A DNA stretch of 64,000 nt, taken from NCBI GenBank assembly GCA_963768855.1, contig CAVYJM010000006.1:1-64000 (forward strand), written 5' to 3'. The position numbers were made by a program, and so were the translations under genes. The notes under the pieces were generated by a model that was not told the DNA's origin, searched no databases, and saw only the letters and a list, made by a program, of their open reading frames with translations. How positions within the stretch are numbered: the stretch's first letter is position 1; the number at the start of each line of letters is the position of its first letter. Shown one piece after another: positions 1 to 9,762 of this stretch. This DNA is from an uncultured Thermoplasmata archaeon. Lineage in GTDB: Archaea > Thermoplasmatota > Thermoplasmata > RBG-16-68-12.

Positions 1-1157
1 TCCGGTTGATCAGTTCGGATTGGCAGGCTTTGGCCACCAATGGGATCCGGCCCGGCCTTTGACGATGCCGGGCTGGCTGGCAAGGGTGACGCATTGGCTA
101 GCGACGATAGCGTCCAGTTCTTCGATTGTGCCGATGTGCTTGTGACAACGGGCTCATCAACAAGGACCCACAGCGTTTCTGCCGGTTGCAGCTCCGGCGA
201 GTAGGGCGGTAGAAAAACCAACCTTATGCCTTCCGGGACATTCAGTCCCGCCTCGGTATGCCAGCCGGCATTATCGAGAACAAGCACGATGGTCCGGTGC
301 ACACCCGCGCCAGCTTCGCGCGCGAACACTTTGAGCATCTCCTCGAAGAACGGCTTCGACACACCGTTGGAGATGTACCAAAAGGTCTCGCCTGTTGCTG
401 GCGAGACGAAGGCGGTGACATAGAGCCACTCGAAACGATGATGGCCAAGTGCGATTGGCCGTTCGCCGATGGGCGCCCAGACGCGCCGCGTGACCGGCTT
501 CAAACCGAGCCGGTGCTCGTCGCTGGCAAAGACCTCGACCGGCCGGCTGGGATGTTTGGCGGCTTCTTCGGCGACGGCATCTTCGAGTTTTTTTTAAATG
601 CTTCCGCTTCTTCAGGCGTCGCGGATTTCGGGTTTTTGGGGCGCGGTGTCTGAATGGACATTCTGCATGCCTTCAGCGCTTCCCAGCCGCGTTGGACGGC
701 CACACTTTCAAGCCCAAGCTCGCGGGCGATAAAGGCCGCAGCCTTCGCGCTTGTCCATAAGCCGCCCCCGTCCGGCGGCGTTTTCAAGCGGGTGCGAAGC
801 TTCCCGATAACGCCGGGCGTCAAAAGGCTCGGCGGTGCCCCGTTGCGCCGGCGTAAATCGCCCAGAGCCTCAGGGCCTTCCGCGTTATAGCGTGCTACGA
901 GCTGCTCGACCCAGCGCTGGCCGAAGGAGGTCATCCCAGCGACTTCGCCGATGCTGTGTCCCTTGGCGAGCAGCCAAATCGTCTGGAAATGCCGCGCCTC
1001 GCGCGCATTCGAACTCGAAACATACCGCTCACGCAACGCCTCGGCGCTCAAATGCGCTGCTATCGCCGCCATGCCCCGCTCCCTTCGCAATTCATGACGC
1101 CATAACCTAACTGCTTCGCGCGCCCCAGGGAATCCCAAGTCAATCAACCGGAAACCG
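1..1157 (-). mobile_element. IS630-family insertion sequence (left end runs just off the window)
   Basis: The right end ATCAACCGGAAACCG is followed by TA at 1158-1159. The window starts with TCCGGTTGAT, the reverse complement of ATCAACCGGA in that end. Encodes an HTH ORF plus a DDE ORF. Confidence 0.9.
10..1072 (-). CDS. IS630 transposase, HTH orfA joined to DDE orfB by a -1 frameshift at an A8 run
   Basis: orfA MAAIAAHLS...EAFKK. orfB KLEDAVAEE...FASDEHRLG...LVLDNAGWH...LPPYSPELQPAE. A further 1-nt indel lies near 135; stop at 10-12. Confidence 0.88.
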
Positions 1158-1250
1158 TATCAGGCCAAGCTTGAGAAAGGCCCATAAGACCTCAAACGGA
1201 GAGCCAGCCTCGTGAAGAGCGGTCTTTGGGGGCTCTGTTACCACCGTCAT
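1158..1250 (-). pseudogene. chrA: 5' fragment of a chromate efflux transporter (ChrA/CHR family), truncated by IS630
   Basis: MTVVTEPPKTALHEAGSPFEVLWAFLKLGLI resembles the CHR N-terminus (EVF.AFLKLGL.SFGG). The frame runs into the IS end at the TA. Confidence 0.72.
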
Positions 1251-1288
1251 TGGGGGCCTTCCTTTACTCCGGTCAGCGCGCTGGTGCT

Positions 1289-2747
1289 TTAGACGTAGTT
1301 GAACAGCGCCATGAAGCCGAAATCCATGTGCAGCTGCTGGTGACAATGGAACAGCGTCAGGCCCGGGATTGTCGGCCACGAAGTCGAACTCGACTTCCTG
1401 AAAGCCGCCCAGCATCACCACGTCCTTGATCACGCCGGCGGTCGGCTTGCCGCCGACGCGCGTCAGCTCGAAGCTGTGCCGGTGCAGGTGCAGCGGATGG
1501 ATGTCGTCGCTGGCGTTGCGGAATTTGAGCCGGTAGCGGCGCCCCTCGTGCACCGTGTAGCATCGGCTTCATCGTCTCCATCGAAAAGGCCTCGCCGTTG
1601 AGCGTCCACTGATTGAAGCCGTCGAGCGCGGCGTTGTGCTTGACGATCGTCATCTCGATCGTCTCGTCGGGCGCCGCCGGGCGCGTGCCTGCGGCTTGCC
1701 GAACTGCGTGTAATCCCAGCGGAACGGCTTCGGCTTCGTCCATTGCGGCTTGCCCGTTGGCCCGGCGTATTCGACGACGATGCCCATGCCGTGGCCGCGG
1801 TCGTCGTCGGCGAGATCGCCCATCACCCACACGCCCGGATGGTTCATCTCGACGATCGCCGAGACGCGCTCGGCGGTGCCGAGCCAGAGCACCGGCACGT
1901 CGGCCGGCGTCGGCACCGGATTGCCGTCGAGCGCGACGACGCGGAAGCACGTGGCCGGGCAGCGCGAGGCTGCGGATCTCGGTCGCGCTCGCGTTGAGCA
2001 CGTGGAACAGCACGCGCTCGCCCTGCTTCACGCGGATCGGCTCGCCGTGGCCGAGCATCCGGCCGTTGATGCCGAACAGCTCGTAGCCGACTTCGTAGCC
2101 CTTGGGCTGCCCTTGCGCTTCTTCGTCCGGCCTTCTCGCCGATCTCTTGCAGCGCCTTGATCGGCGCGCCGGCCAGCACGTCCATCGCCATGTCGCCGCC
2201 GCGGCTGAAGGACGGCTCGAACTCCTTCAGCACCAGGAAGACTTCGCGGTCGTAGGCGCCGGGATTGTTCTTCGGCTCGATGTAGACCGGCCCCGCCTGG
2301 CCGGTGTAGGTGCCGCGGTTGAGATCGCCGCCGGCCACGACATGCGTGTGATAGAAGCGGAAGCCCGCGGTCTTCGGCACGAAGGCGATGCGGCGCATGC
2401 CGTGCGCCGGGACGAAGGGCGTGCCTTCCTCCGCGGCGCCGTCGACGTCGCTCGGAATCATCTGGCCGTGCCAGTGCACCAGTTCCGGCGTGTCGGTGTC
2501 GTTGTAGATATCGACGACGACCCGCTGTCCTTCCTTGAAGCGCAGCAGCGGGCCCGGAAACTGGCCGTTGTAGAGCGTGGTCGAGACGATGTGGTCCGGC
2601 GCCAGCTCGACCAGCCCGGTGGCGATGCGCAGCGTGTAGTCCGCCTTTTCGTTGGTTTCGGGTCCGGCAGCCCAGTGCGCGCGGCGCCGCGCCAATGAGA
2701 GAAGCGGCGCCCGCGGCCTTGAGCAGGGAGCGGCGATCGATGGTCAC
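1289..2747 (-). CDS. Tat-exported multicopper oxidase (several frameshifts, probably sequencing indels)
   Basis: Tat signal MTIDRRSLLKAAG. Copper motifs VHWHG, FYHTH, HPLHLHRH and HCHQQLHMDFGFM are spread over ORFs 2028-2747, 1844-2695, 1357-2058 and 1140-1553. Confidence 0.88.
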
Positions 2748-2751
2748 AGCT

Positions 2752-3266
2752 TCAATCCTCCCGGTGTTGTTCTCTTCTGCGGATTAGCAAGGCGTCGATC
2801 GACCAAGCACCGGCGCCTGCGATCAGCAGGTAGAGCGAGCCCAGCAGCATGTCGAAGTCCGTCGCGCGCTTCGTGCAGCATGCTCCAGAAGCCGTAGCGC
2901 GAGAGCTTGGGCAGGTGAAAGATCCAGAAATCGTGACCAAGCAGGATCGGCACCTTGGTCGAGACGATCGCCACGATCATGATGACGATCAAGCGGAATC
3001 GCGGCGAGCCGCGTGAACAGGCCAAGAATGATGAGTGCGCCGCAGACGATCTCGACGACGCCGACGAACGGCCCCATCACCTCGGGATAGGGGATGCCGA
3101 TATTCGCGAACCGGCCGGCCCCGAGGATATCCGGGAAGATCAGCTTCTGAATGCCTTCCGGGAAGAACACGACAAGGCCGACGAGAAGGCGGACGAGAAT
3201 CGACCAGCCCGGCGCCGCAGTGGCGAAAAGCGATGCCGGTCTGTAAGCGGGTTGCTGACTACTCAT
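2752..3266 (-). CDS. DoxX-family membrane protein (frameshifted)
   Basis: LVRLLVGLVVFFPEGIQKL...EIVCGALIILGLFTRLAA...GAGAWSID, reconstructed from three overlapping ORFs. Confidence 0.82.
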
Positions 3267-3619
3267 GATTTGAAGCTCTCCTCGTCTTCGAACAGTTCAC
3301 CGAATAGCTCCCGCACTTTGGCTTTGGCGGCGGAGAGTGCGTTGCGTCCCGCCGCGGTCGCCCGGTAAACGCGGCGTTCCGTGCCGCCCGCCCGCTCTCT
3401 CGCCGAGGTGAGCAACCCTTTGCGCTCAAGCCCGTGCAGGATCGGATAAAGCGTACCGGCGCTCAGTTCGTAGCCATGGCGCCGGAGTTCCTCGATCATG
3501 GCGAAGCCATAGACCGGCTCTTTGACAGCGTGGTGCAGCACGTGAAGCCGGATGAGACCCGTGTAGAGGCTGCGATGATCCACCTCCGGCCGTGGCTTTT
3601 CGGAGCGCTGGCGCGGCAC
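3263..3619 (-). CDS. PadR-family transcriptional regulator
   Basis: LHVLHHA...YGFAMIEEL...SAGTLYPILHGLERKGLL...RRVYRAT winged helix; GGAGG SD upstream. Confidence 0.92.
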   Translation of the reverse strand: MPRQRSEKPRPEVDHRSLYTGLIRLHVLHHAVKEPVYGFAMIEELRRHGYELSAGTLYPILHGLERKGLLTSARERAGGTERRVYRATAAGRNALSAAKAKVRELFGELFEDEESFKS

Positions 3620-3648
3620 CTTCGTCCTCCGTGGGGCATGAAAGCCCG

Positions 3649-3718
3649 TATCGGGAGATTTACGTTATCGGAAAGCGCTATCGAAAGCCGATATAACTAG
3701 CCATTGGCCGCACGTCAA
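3649..3718 (-). promoter_or_regulatory. Sigma70-type promoter of the padR operon with overlapping TATCG repeats (candidate PadR operator)
   Basis: Minus strand TTGACG (3718-3713), 17-bp spacer, TATATC (3695-3690). TATCG-N5-CGATA palindrome at 3679-3693, with extra TATCG copies at 3649 and 3666. Confidence 0.6.
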
Positions 3719-4253
3719 CGAAGTGGATGCGGCAAGTTACAATGGCCTGTTAGGAGCTGCCAGATTCCCCAGCAGTTGGTTGCCTATCCTCAACGGAAAA
3801 GCACATGCAGCAGGTGCTGCCAGCGTGCTTTAGCATGTCCAGCTGCTTTGGCTCCGACCGCCAATTGGTAGCCACTTCCGGCTTGGTCCGCTGAGGGATC
3901 TAAAAGCGGGCGCATTGATCTAACGCAATATTTAGCGCCGCTTCGTCCGTAGAGGGTCGGTTTGAGAAAAACTATATGTCTCTTAAGCTGCGCCCCCGGA
4001 CGCCCGCTTGTGGCCCAGGGCCGAAATCACGCTGTCAAGCGAGCCGGCGCGGCGGCACCGGATTTAGCGGAAGTTCTTACTTCAGCAGGACATTCAGCTT
4101 CGGACGCGATCCCTGCGAACGGGATGGTCCGGACACGGCCTGAACCGCCCCTTGAAGTGCTTAGCTGCTCCGGCGGATGCCCGCCCCACCACAAGGTGGA
4201 GGCGGCGCTTTTCCGGGGCGGCGCACCGGGCCGGCAGAAATGCAGGCCCACTC

Positions 4254-4282
4254 TTGCAAATTTAGGCATTTGGCACTATACA
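4254..4282 (+). promoter_or_regulatory. Sigma70 promoter of rpsB-tsf
   Basis: TTGCAA-N17-TATACA, matching the alphaproteobacterial CTTG...CTATA pattern. Confidence 0.6.
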
Positions 4283-4289
4283 CGCCTCA

Positions 4290-4400
4290 TCTCACACGCG
4301 GGATTATGTTGGATGGGCCCTCAGCGGCCCTTTTTGACATTCCGGTGATGGCATCGCCATTGACCCCCGCGGAGGATCGAACCGGAAAAAGGACTACACC
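4290..4400 (+). promoter_or_regulatory. rpsB leader, putative S2 autoregulatory RNA (t44-like)
   Basis: Contains CACACG...CCGGTG...GGAGG..AACC in the order recalled for rpsB leaders; not computed. Confidence 0.45.
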
Positions 4401-5535
4401 ATGCTGCCACAATTCACGATGCGCCAGCTCCTTGAGGCTGGCGTCCATTTCGGCCACCAAACGCACCGCTGGAACCCGAAGATGCAGGACTACCTGTTCG
4501 GGACCCGCAACAAGATCCACATCATCGACCTGTCGAAAACGGTGCCGCTGCTGCATCAGGCGGTGGTCATCGCGAGCGACGTGGTCGCGCAGGGAGGCCG
4601 CATCCTGTTTGTCGGGACCAAGCGCCAAGCCTCCGACTCAATCGCCGACGCGGCCAAGCGCTGCGCGCAATATTATGTGAACCACCGCTGGCTGGGCGGC
4701 ATGCTCACCAACTGGAAGACCATCACCAACTCGATCAAGCGCTTGCGCTATCTGGACGATCTGGTGTCGGGCGAGGGCCAGGGCTTCACCAAGAAGGAGC
4801 TGCTGCACCTCACGCGCGAGCGCGACCGGCTTGAGCAGGAGCTGGGCGGCATCAAGGACATGGGCGGCGTGCCCGACCTTCTGTTCGTGATCGACACGAA
4901 CAAGGAGGCGATTGCCATCGCCGAAGCGAAAAAGCTCAAGATCCCGGTCATCGCCATTATCGACAGCAACAGCAATCCCGACGGCGTTAACTATCCCGTT
5001 CCCGGCAACGACGACGCGGGCCGCGCCATCACGCTCTACTGCGACCTGATCGCAAGGGCGGCGATTGACGGCATCGGGCGCGCCCAGGGTGTCGCGGGCA
5101 TCGACATCGGCGAGGCCGAGGAAGTCACCGAAGCCGCGCTTGAAGACGCCGCCGCCGAGGCGCCGCTTGCGAATGGCAAGGCCGGAGAGCCCGAGCCCGC
5201 GCCGGAGAAGAAAAAGGCCGCCAAGGGCAAGGCCAAGCCGGAAGCTAAGGCTAAAGAGGAAGAGCCTGCTGCTGCTGCTGCTGCTGCGGGGGCTGGAGGA
5301 GGCCACCACGCTTGAAGGGCTTGCCGAGCCTCAAGGCGAGAAGGACGACCTCAAGAAAATTCGCGGGATCACCAAGGCCCACGAGAAGAAGCTCAATGAC
5401 CGCGGCATTTTCCATTTTTGGCAGGTTGCCGCCTTCACCCAGGACAACCTCGATGAAATCGACCGCTTGCTGCATGGCAACGGCCAGATTGCAAAGGGCG
5501 ATTGGGTCGATCAGGCGCGCGAGCTGACAGCGTAG
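4401..5535 (+). CDS. rpsB: 30S ribosomal protein S2 with a long C-terminal extension (1-nt indel in the G5 run at 5288-5292)
   Basis: [21 protein letters not shown] core. The extension continues in ORF 5065-5535 (DDLKKIRGI...[15 protein letters not shown]). Confidence 0.95.
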
Positions 5536-5540
5536 CATTA

Positions 5541-5561
5541 GGCCGCGCGAAAAGCGCGGCC
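5541..5561 (+). terminator. GC hairpin between rpsB and tsf (possible attenuator or processing stem)
   Basis: GGCCGCGC-GAAAA-GCGCGGCC, with no U tract. Confidence 0.35.
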
Positions 5562-5588
5562 TCAGCACAAACTAATAAGAGGTAGCAC

Positions 5589-6515
5589 ATGGCTGAGATC
5601 ACGGCCGGCATGGTTAAGAGCCTCCGCGACAAGACCGGCGCTGGCATGATGGATTGCAAGACGGCGCTGGCTGAGTCCAATGGCGAGATGGAAGCCGCGA
5701 TCGATTGGCTCCGCGCGAAAGGGCTCTCCAAGGCCGCGAAGAAGGCAGACAGGGTCGCCGCCGAAGGGTTGATCGGCGTCGCCTCCGCCGCCAAGGCGGG
5801 CGCGCTCGTCGAGGTCAACTCCGAGACGGACTTCGTTGCCCGCAACGCCGAATTCCAGAAGACCGTGGGCGAAATCGCCAAGCTCGCGCTGAAAGCCGGC
5901 GGCGATCTGGAGAAGCTCTCGGCGATGCCTTACCCGAAAAAGAAGATGCCGGTAAGCGATCATCTGAAAGAGCTGATCGGAACCATCGGCGAGAACATGT
6001 CGCTGCGCCGCACTGCCGCCCTCAAGGTCGAGGACGGCGTGGTTGCAACCTACATCCACAATCAGGCCACGCCCGGCATGGGCAAGATCGGCGTGCTTGT
6101 TGCCCTGGAATCGGCTGGCGACAAAGACAAGCTGAACGAGATTGGCCGCCAGGTGGCGATGCATATCGCCGCCACCAATCCGCTGGCGCTCAAGGACGAG
6201 GACATCGATCCCGAGACGGTCGAGCGCGAGCGCGCGATCTTTGCCGAGCAGGCGAAGGAAAGCGGCAAGCCTGAAAAGGTCGTCAAGCAGATGATCGAGG
6301 GCCGGATCAAGAAGTTCTATCAAGAGGTCGTGCTCTTGAAGCAGGCTTTCGTGATCAATCCCGACCTGACGGTCGAGAAGGCCGTGACGGAGGCCGAGAA
6401 GGCCGTTGGCGCACCGATTACGATCGCGGCGTTCGTCCGGTATGAGCTCGGCGAGGGCATCAAGGTGGACAAAGGCGATTTCGCGGCTGAAGTAGCGGCG
6501 GCTGCCGGTAAGTAG
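5589..6515 (+). CDS. tsf: Elongation factor Ts
   Basis: [25 protein letters not shown]; intact ORF. Confidence 0.98.
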   Translation: MAEITAGMVKSLRDKTGAGMMDCKTALAESNGEMEAAIDWLRAKGLSKAAKKADRVAAEGLIGVASAAKAGALVEVNSETDFVARNAEFQKTVGEIAKLALKAGGDLEKLSAMPYPKKKMPVSDHLKELIGTIGENMSLRRTAALKVEDGVVATYIHNQATPGMGKIGVLVALESAGDKDKLNEIGRQVAMHIAATNPLALKDEDIDPETVERERAIFAEQAKESGKPEKVVKQMIEGRIKKFYQEVVLLKQAFVINPDLTVEKAVTEAEKAVGAPITIAAFVRYELGEGIKVDKGDFAAEVAAAAGK

Positions 6516-6590
6516 CAGCTGCTACTGTCTTGTGTGTCTGTGCGGGCGCCCGGGCGTCCGCACCGCATACGCCCTGCTGCGGAGGAAATC

Positions 6591-7319
6591 ATGCCGCCAC
6601 TGCCCTACACGCGTCCGCTGATTAAGATCTCGGGCGAGGCTCTTATGGGAAGAGAGCGCTACGGTATCGACATCGCAACGCTCGATGCCATAGCAGCCGA
6701 TATCGCCGAGGTCTGCCGGCAGGGTATCCGCCCCGCCGTCGTTGTCGGCGGCGGGAATATCTTCCGGGGGCTGGCGGGTGCTGCCGGCGGCATGGATCGC
6801 GTGAAGGGCGATTTCATGGGTATGCTGGCCACGGTCATGAACGGCCTTGCCTTGGAGCAAACCCTGAAGCGCCTGGGCCAGCCCGCGGCGATCTACTCGG
6901 GCTTGCCGGTTCCCACTGTTTGCAAGACCTTCTCGCGCGACGAAGCCAGCAGAGATCTCGATGCCGGCAGTGTGGTGGTGCTGGCGGGCGGCACTGGCAA
7001 TCCGTTCTTCACAACGGACACAACCGCCGCGCTCAGGGCCGCGGAGCTTGGCTGCGATGCCATTCTCAAGGCAACGCAAGTCGATGGGATCTATTCCGAG
7101 GACCCAAAGATCAACCCGAATGCGGAGCGTTTCGAGCGTCTGACGTTTTCAGAAGTCTTGAGCCGCGACCTCAAAGTCATGGATGCGGCGGCCATAGCGC
7201 TCGCGCGGGATAACGGAATTCCAATAGTCGTGTTTTCCTTACATCAAGCTGGGGCTATCGCAAAAGTAATGCGCGGCGAGGCAGTTTGCAGCGTTGCCGG
7301 AAGCGATGCCGCAGCCTAA
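6591..7319 (+). CDS. pyrH: UMP kinase
   Basis: IKISGEAL, VVGGGNIFRG, GGTGNPFFTTDT; ATG 6591 follows a GGAGG SD. Confidence 0.97.
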   Translation: MPPLPYTRPLIKISGEALMGRERYGIDIATLDAIAADIAEVCRQGIRPAVVVGGGNIFRGLAGAAGGMDRVKGDFMGMLATVMNGLALEQTLKRLGQPAAIYSGLPVPTVCKTFSRDEASRDLDAGSVVVLAGGTGNPFFTTDTTAALRAAELGCDAILKATQVDGIYSEDPKINPNAERFERLTFSEVLSRDLKVMDAAAIALARDNGIPIVVFSLHQAGAIAKVMRGEAVCSVAGSDAAA

Positions 7320-7366
7320 ATCTTCTGCAGATCGACGAGCCAACGCAACAAAAAAAGGGGACGGAG

Positions 7367-7933
7367 ATGGCAGCCGGCAACTTCGATAACCACGAAATTG
7401 AAAAGCGCATGAAGGGGGCTGTGAACTCCCTGAAGGGGGAGTTTGGCGGCCTGCGCACTGGACGCGCGAGCACGACCCTTCTCGACCCCCTGATGGTCAA
7501 CACGTCCTACGGGGCGAAGATGCCGATCAACCAGGTGGCATCGATCAACACGCCCGAGCCGCGCCTGATTACGGTGCAGGTCTGGGACAAGAGCAACCTT
7601 TCGGGCGTTGAAAAGGCGATCCGTGAGTCCGATCTCGGGCTGAACCCAGTGATCGATGGACTCACCCTTCGCTTGCCTATTCCTGAGCTTAACCAGGAAC
7701 GGCGCAACGAACTCGTGAAGATCGCGAAGAAATACACCGAGCAGGCTCGCGTCGCCGTCCGGAATGTCCGCAAGGACGGTATGGACCAGATCAAGAAGCT
7801 GGAAAAAGACGGAAAGATCAGCGAGGACGAGAGCGGCAAGCTGCACACCAAGGTTCAGGATCTCACCGACAAGACGATCAAAGAGATAGACGCGCTCTTT
7901 GCCACCAAAGAGCAGGAAATTATGCAGGTGTAG
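7367..7933 (+). CDS. frr: Ribosome recycling factor
   Basis: LRTGRAS, LRLPIPELNQERR, RVAVRNVR. Confidence 0.97.
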   Translation: MAAGNFDNHEIEKRMKGAVNSLKGEFGGLRTGRASTTLLDPLMVNTSYGAKMPINQVASINTPEPRLITVQVWDKSNLSGVEKAIRESDLGLNPVIDGLTLRLPIPELNQERRNELVKIAKKYTEQARVAVRNVRKDGMDQIKKLEKDGKISEDESGKLHTKVQDLTDKTIKEIDALFATKEQEIMQV

Positions 7934-8108
7934 CACGAGTATCATCGCCTGCCCGGGCTTAAGCATAAAAAGTTGGCTCGCCTCCAACGGCGGGCTTGAC
8001 CTCCGCGCCGGGGAAGCAGAAACGTTTCCCATGGAGTTCTGCTCGCTTCCAAGCGCAGCTCTGGGGAACGCGGCCGGGCGGCGAGCGAGAGGTATAGGTG
8101 GCTGAGCT

Positions 8109-8852
8109 GTGAGTTTGCAAGAACACGCCGTCGCGCTCGATAAGGAGCGTCCGTGCCCAAAACACGTTGCCATAATCATGGATGGCAATGGCCGCTGGGC
8201 CGCTCAGCGGGGCTTGCCGCGAACCGAGGGGCACCGCCGGGGCGTGGAAAGCACAAAAGAGTGTGTGCGCGCCGCGGCCGATGCCGGCATCTCCTATCTC
8301 ACCCTCTTCAGCTTCTCGTCGGAAAATTGGAAGCGCCCGCCCATGGAGGTGACGTACCTCATGGGGCTTTTGAAGCGCTTTATCCGCCGCGATCTGGCCG
8401 AGATTCACGAGAATAATGTAAAGCTCCGGGTGATCGGCTCGGAGGAGAAGGTGCCACCGGAGCTTGTGAAGATGCTTCGCGAGGCGGTCGCGCTGACCAG
8501 CGGAAATACCGGCCTTCAGCTCGTTATCGCCTTCAACTATGGCGCGAGGGACGAGATCGTCCGTGCAGCTAAGCGCTTGGCGGAACAAGTAAAAGCTGGC
8601 GAGCTTGCGGTTGAGGATATCACGCAGGAGCGCTTTGCGGAACATTTCGACACCGCAGGCATTCCCGACCCGGATCTCATCATCCGCACGAGTGGCGAGC
8701 ACCGCATCAGCAACTTTCTCCTTTGGCAATGCGCCTACTCGGAATTTTTATTCGTTGATAATTTCTGGCCGGACTTTACAAGACAAACCCTCGAAAGTGC
8801 GATAGCGGCTTACCGGCAGCGCGAACGCCGTTTTGGCGGCCTTGCGGGTTAG
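8109..8852 (+). CDS. uppS: Undecaprenyl diphosphate synthase
   Basis: HVAIIMDGNGRWA, FSFSSENWKRP, IRTSGEHRISNFLLWQ. Confidence 0.97.
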   Translation: MSLQEHAVALDKERPCPKHVAIIMDGNGRWAAQRGLPRTEGHRRGVESTKECVRAAADAGISYLTLFSFSSENWKRPPMEVTYLMGLLKRFIRRDLAEIHENNVKLRVIGSEEKVPPELVKMLREAVALTSGNTGLQLVIAFNYGARDEIVRAAKRLAEQVKAGELAVEDITQERFAEHFDTAGIPDPDLIIRTSGEHRISNFLLWQCAYSEFLFVDNFWPDFTRQTLESAIAAYRQRERRFGGLAG

Positions 8853-8855
8853 CGG

Positions 8856-9729
8856 ATGTACCAGCCCAAGACGGACTTATCGGGCAAGGAAAAAATGGTA
8901 AAGCCTATAAGTTCAGAGCTGGTACTTAGGTTCAATTCCGCCCTTATTCTCGCGGCGATCAGTCTCACCGCCACCTATGCCGGGCCGCAGACCTTCGGCC
9001 TCTTCATTCTTTGCGCATCGGTCTTGATGAGCTGGGAATGGTGCCGGGTTGTACGCGGCCGTAACTTCGACGCGATTTTCCTGCTGCAGATCGCGGCCGT
9101 TATCAGCGCCGGCTTCCTCACGCTCCATGGCTCGGCCGGCCACTGCCATCGGCGTGATCGCCGGCGCGGCCTGGGTATCCTTCTGGGTGCAGGATCGGCT
9201 GGGGCTTAAAAGCGACCCCTGGTGGTCGGCAGCGGGCTTCTATTACGCAGGGCTGCCTTCAATCGCGTTGATTGCGATCCGCCAGGACCCGGATTACGGT
9301 TTCCACGCAATCCTTTATCTGTTTCTTGTAGTCTGGTCGGCCGATACGGGGGCGTTCTTCACGGGAAGGCTGATCGGGGGGCCGAAGCTTGCCCCCGTCA
9401 TTTCTCCGAATAAGACTTGGTCAGGCTTCATCGGCGGCGCGCTGGCTGCTGGGTGCGCAGGCACGCTTTTCGCCATTTGGCTTGGCCACACCTCGGTGCC
9501 CATGCTGGCCCTCGTCAGCATCATCCTTGCGATTGTCTCTCAGGCCGGCGATCTTGGGGAATCCTTCCTGAAACGCGCATTCGGGGTGAAGAATTCGAGC
9601 GGTTTGATCCCCGGGCACGGCGGAGTGCTGGACCGGCTGGACGGCCTTGTATTGGCGGCGATGGGGGCGGGACTTATCGCGGTGATGTACGATCGCTTGG
9701 CTCCCGGCCGGGCGCTGTTGATTTGGTGA
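8856..9729 (+). CDS. cdsA: Phosphatidate cytidylyltransferase (1-nt indel near 9135)
   Basis: ADTGAFFTGR..G.KLAP.ISPNKTWSG and KNSSGLIPGHGGVLDRLD; split over ORFs 8856-9209 and 9049-9729. Confidence 0.93.
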
Positions 9730-9762
9730 CTTGGTGCCCCGTCAGGGGAGTGTGGAGCGACA

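Noticed and set aside
3962-4348. ORFs 3962-4348 (+) and 4027-4269 (-) upstream of rpsB
   Set aside because: No SD, no recognisable motif, and both overlap the rpsB promoter.
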